Shown: piece after piece, positions 60,701 through 64,000 of the stretch
Layout of the letters: every line of letters starts with the position of its first letter
How positions within the stretch are numbered: the stretch's first letter is position 1
From: Macrostomum hystrix
Taxonomy: Eukaryota > Animalia > Platyhelminthes
DNA: 64,000 nt
Assembly: GCA_950097015.1 (NCBI GenBank)
Contig: CATNEN010000038.1
Coordinates: 23,498,001-23,562,000, forward strand
Direction: 5' to 3'
The notes under the pieces: generated by a model
The model's database searches: none
What the model saw: the letters and a program-made list of their open reading frames with translations, nothing else
What the model was told of the DNA's origin: nothing
Translations under genes and position numbers: made by a program

Positions 60701-62905
60701 GAGTGAGTTGAGTGAGGTAGAGTGAGTTGAGTGAGGTAGAGTGAGTTGAGTGAGATAGAGAGAGATAGAGAGAGGTAGAGAGAGATAGAGTGAGGCAGAG
60801 TGAGTTGAGTGAGGCAGAGTGAGTTGAGTGAGAAGAGTGAGATAGAGAGAGGTAGAGTGAGTTGAGTGAGGTATAGTCAGGTAGAGTGAGGTAGGGTGAG
60901 GTAGAGTGAGGTAGAGTGAGGTAGGGTGAGGTAGAGTGAGGTAGGGTGAGGTAGAGTGAGGTAGGGTGAGGTAGAGTGAGGTAGAGTGAGGTAGAGTGAG
61001 GTAGAGTGAGGTAGAGTGAGGTAGGGTGAGGTAGAGTGAGGTAGAGTGAGGTAGAGTGAGTTGAGTGAGGCAGAGTGAGTTGAGTGAGAAGACTGAGATA
61101 GAGAGAGGTAGAGTGAGTTGAGTGAGTTGAGTGAGGCAGAGTGAGTTGAGTGAGAAGAGTGAGATAGAGAGAGGTAGAGTGAGTTGAGTGAGGCAGAGTG
61201 AGTTGAGTGAGAAGAGTGAGATAGAGAGAGGTAGAGTGAGTTGAGTGAGTTGAGTGAGGCAGAGTGAGGCAGAGTGAGATAGAGAGAGGTAGAGTGAGAT
61301 AGAGTGAGGCAGAGTGAGTTGAGTGAGGCAGAGTGAGTTGAGTGAGGCAGAGTGAGTTGAGTGAGAAGAGTGAGATAGAGAGAGGTAGAGTGAGATAGAG
61401 TGAGGCAGAGTGAGTTGAGTGAGAAGAGTGAGATAGAGTGAGACAGAGTGAGTTGAGTGAGAAGAGTGAGATAGAGTGAGGCAGAGTGAGAAGAGTGAGA
61501 TAGAGTGAGGCAGAGTGAGTTGAGTGAGAAGAGTGAGATAGAGTGAGGCAGAGTGAGTTGAGTGAGATAGAGTGAGGCAGAGTGAGTTGAGTGAGAAGAG
61601 TGAGATAGAGTGAGGTAGAGTGAGTTGAGTGAGAAGAGTGAGATAGAGTGAGGTAGAGTGAGTTGAGTGAGGTATAGTCAGGTAGAGTGAGGTAGAGTGA
61701 GGTAGAGACAGGTAGGGTGAGGTAGGGTGAGGTAGAGTGAGTCGAGTGAGGTAGAGTGAGGTATTGAGCAAGCTGAGCTCACCAACAACAGATAAGGCAA
61801 CACGGGAGCACAGCCTTGGCCACAAGCTGCTGCAGCACTTGTAGACACCCGAGTCAAACTGGTTCGGATTTTCGATTGGCAGAGTTGATGAATTTGCGCC
61901 AATAATTTCTATGAAATCTCGTCGAGTCCATCGGATCGATTCGGCTGGGCCGAGGGGCGAACCCAGTGGACAGGTGAGGTCGACAGACTGACCGCTTTCT
62001 GACGGGATCAGGTGAGACCTTTGCGACCCAGCCAGTGTCTCCTTGGGTAGAGCTGTAAGAAGTGAAAGGTTGACATTTTGAGAATAGACTTCTTGGCGAC
62101 AGGCAAGCATTTCAATGAAAGTTAAAAATCCGCCAACTAGAGGCGGGATATTTCGACCTGAGAAAAAAAGAGTTCGTTTTGACAACCGTTTCGACAGTCG
62201 GAGACAATCGATGACAAATTTGACAATCGGTGACAAATTTGACAATCGATGACAATTTCGACAATCGATGACAATTTCGACAATAGATGACAATTTCGAC
62301 AAACGGAGACAATTTCGAAATCCGGTGAAAATTTTGACACCTCAGGGACGATTTCGACAATCGGTGACAATTTCGACAATCGGTAAACATTTCGACAATC
62401 GGAGGCAGTTTCGACAATCTGTGACAATTTCGACAATCGGTGACAATTTCGACAATCGGTGACAATTTCGACAATCGGTGACAATTTCGACAATCGGTAA
62501 ACATTTCGACAATCGGAGGCAGTTTTGACAATCACTGACAATGTCGACAATCAATGACAATTTCGACAATCGATGACAATTTTGACAATCGGTGACAATT
62601 TTGACAATCGGTGACAATTTCGACAATCGGTGAAAATTTCGACAATCGGTGACAATTTTGACAATCTGTGACAATTTCGACAATCGGAGACAATTTCGAC
62701 AATCGGTGACAATTTTGACAATCTGTGACAATTTCGACAATTGGAGACAATTTCGACAAACTGTGACAATTTCGACAATCGGTGACAATTTCGACAATCG
62801 GTGACAACTTCTCACACAGTGCTAACAAGGACTGCAATACTGTAACAATTTTTCTTTCAGTGATCTCGGGGAGTGAACTCACATTAACTCGAAGGCCAGG
62901 CAAAA
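54719..62905 (-). CDS. Follistatin-related protein 4/5-like (degenerate EF-hand, 2 Ig domains, beta-propeller), 5' end unresolved; exons 62905-62816 (tentative), 62157-61783, 60183-60001, 58170-58039, 57568-56879, 56796-56554, 56124-55963, 54888-54719
   Basis: Ig1 VDLTC..IRW..DSGVYKC. Ig2 PPFVQVKP..ARLDC..LSWLFNG..SLYIAKI..HTGMYTCRTSNVAG. Propeller CAWG..IVYAAQPSLGRLL..PVMLAY..DQLWI, as in FSTL4/5. C-terminus LHWIGT*. All introns are phase 1 and GT-AG. Confidence 0.82.
54911..55890. repeat. Minisatellite, 48-bp unit AGTGCTGTTTATTGCAGGCTGAGGTGTCAACCCCATTCCAGTGGCTAT (~20 copies)
   Basis: Fills the last FSTL-like intron. Confidence 0.97.
56212..56530 (-). mobile_element. Chimeric SINE: family A 5' part joined to a family B body
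   Basis: The minus strand reads GCTCGATTCCGCGGCGAGGCCGC..GCAGCCGCGGAGAAAAGGCTTGGAG, then GACTCGCGATTTGAAG..GTGTCCTTCAGCAAGACTCTTAACTCTGCATTGC..GCTGTCGGCTGCACATCTG. Confidence 0.8.
58320..59050. repeat. Minisatellite, ~34-bp unit ATGGATTATCGATGGATTTGATAGGATAAAACTG
   Basis: Intronic tandem array. Confidence 0.93.
59902..59992. repeat. 22-bp tandem TGATGCATTGATCAGCCTACAT (x4)
   Basis: Directly visible next to a splice donor. Confidence 0.9.
60258..61762. repeat. GAGTGAG(GTA/TT/GCA) satellite
   Basis: Directly visible. Confidence 0.96.
62180..62808. repeat. Minisatellite, 19-bp unit TCGGTGACAATTTCGACAA
   Basis: Intronic tandem array. Confidence 0.94.
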
Positions 62906-63654
62906 CTTTTAAATTAATTTTTTTATATAAAAATTCGATGAAATCAATCAAATGACCTGCTTATTCTAAACTAATTTCACCTGGAAAAACATAGTGCTAA
63001 AGCTCTAAAGCAAATCTTACGTGACTGAGTCATCGACAGCTCAGAAGTCCGTCAATCAATTCCCTGGCTTCTTCTTTCAGAACACGCGAGAAAAAGTCTG
63101 CGAAAATCTTTTTTCACGCATCACCTGATTTCACCCTTACCTCCAATAAACCATCCCTATGGCTTATCCCTGCTAATGGGATAACTTAATTTAGTTTGTC
63201 CCACGAATCTATATCCCCAGCAGGCCTTCCCAAAAGCAGATCTGTTCCCTGTATCCATGCATTCCAGAGCTGACAAATATCGAAGAAGATCCTCCAAAAA
63301 AAATTTCCAACACGCTGTTGGCAACCATCCCTAGCAACAGCGTTCTAGACACACTAGGCAAAAAAACTACGTATAGAAAATGTCTTTGCTTTTATAAACA
63401 CACTATAAATTAAGCGAGCCCATTATCCTCTGCCATTGCCAACACCAGGCATCAAAGAGACACACGCGGACACAAAAGAGTATCAATATGTTATTTTTTG
63501 CTTCAATCAGTACGGTTTTTTTTTGTATGACGCTTATAATTAGATTATCTGTCGTGTGATGGCGAAAAAGTATCAAAATGTGATTAATTTGCCAAGACTA
63601 ACCCAGAAATCTCACTTCTAATCTACTTAAATTTAGCCTCTTAGCTATATTTCA

Positions 63655-63970
63655 ACACCCACCTCACCCCACTCTAATAAATCTCGTTCCTAATGTACTC
63701 TGAACTCAGCCACCTGGCGTAAATGTACATTCATACCCTTTCTAAGCACCCACCTCACGCCACTCCAAGAAATCTCGTTCCTAATGTACTCTGAATTCAG
63801 CCACTTGGCGTAAATGTACATTCATTCCCTTTCTAAGCACCCACCTCACGCCACTCCAAGAAATCTCGTTCCTAATGTACTCTGAATTCAGCCGCTTGGC
63901 GTAAATGTACATTCATTCCCTTTCTAAGCACCCACCTCACGCCAGCCATAGAATCTCATTCTTAATGTAT
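63655..63970. repeat. 91-bp tandem repeat (~3.5 copies)
   Basis: CACCCACCTCAC..AAATCTCGTTCCTAATGTACTCTGAA..GGCGTAAATGTACATTCAT repeats with a 91-bp period. Confidence 0.92.
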
Positions 63971-64000
63971 CTTATGAGGCCGTCTTATCTTATTAGCGAT

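Noticed and set aside
60242-61780. Leu/Ser/Thr/His-rich tail of the 686-aa ORF
   Set aside because: Only 62157-61783 is exonic (Ig domain); the rest is intronic satellite after a GTGAGC donor.

Overview
Gene-dense metazoan genomic DNA with GC-rich exons (poly-Q/A/S tracts), GT-AG introns, and introns or flanks filled with many different minisatellites and tRNA-derived SINEs. The style resembles the free-living flatworm Macrostomum (inference only). Spliced gene models were rebuilt by hand from splice signals and reading-frame phase. They are: the 3' part of a protocadherin (+); a DLC1/STARD13/cv-c RhoGAP-START gene (+) whose long intron hosts an antisense 5-exon tetraspanin and a decayed IS630/Tc1-type transposase; an intronless cytosolic sulfotransferase (-); an FBXO33-like gene (-); three co-oriented genes, TEDC2-like, BPNT1 and a coiled-coil/LIR/UBZ Spn-F/TANK-like adaptor (+), which form a candidate SL trans-spliced operon; and an FSTL4/5-like gene (-, 5' end unresolved). 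Most long ORFs in the supplied track are translations of tandem repeats. The best leads are the candidate operon with a possibly SL-donated start codon, the nested tetraspanin, satellite-filled GT-AG segments in 3' UTRs, the LIR+UBZ adaptor, and two SINE families that exchange modules. Family assignments rest on recalled motifs; no searches were run.
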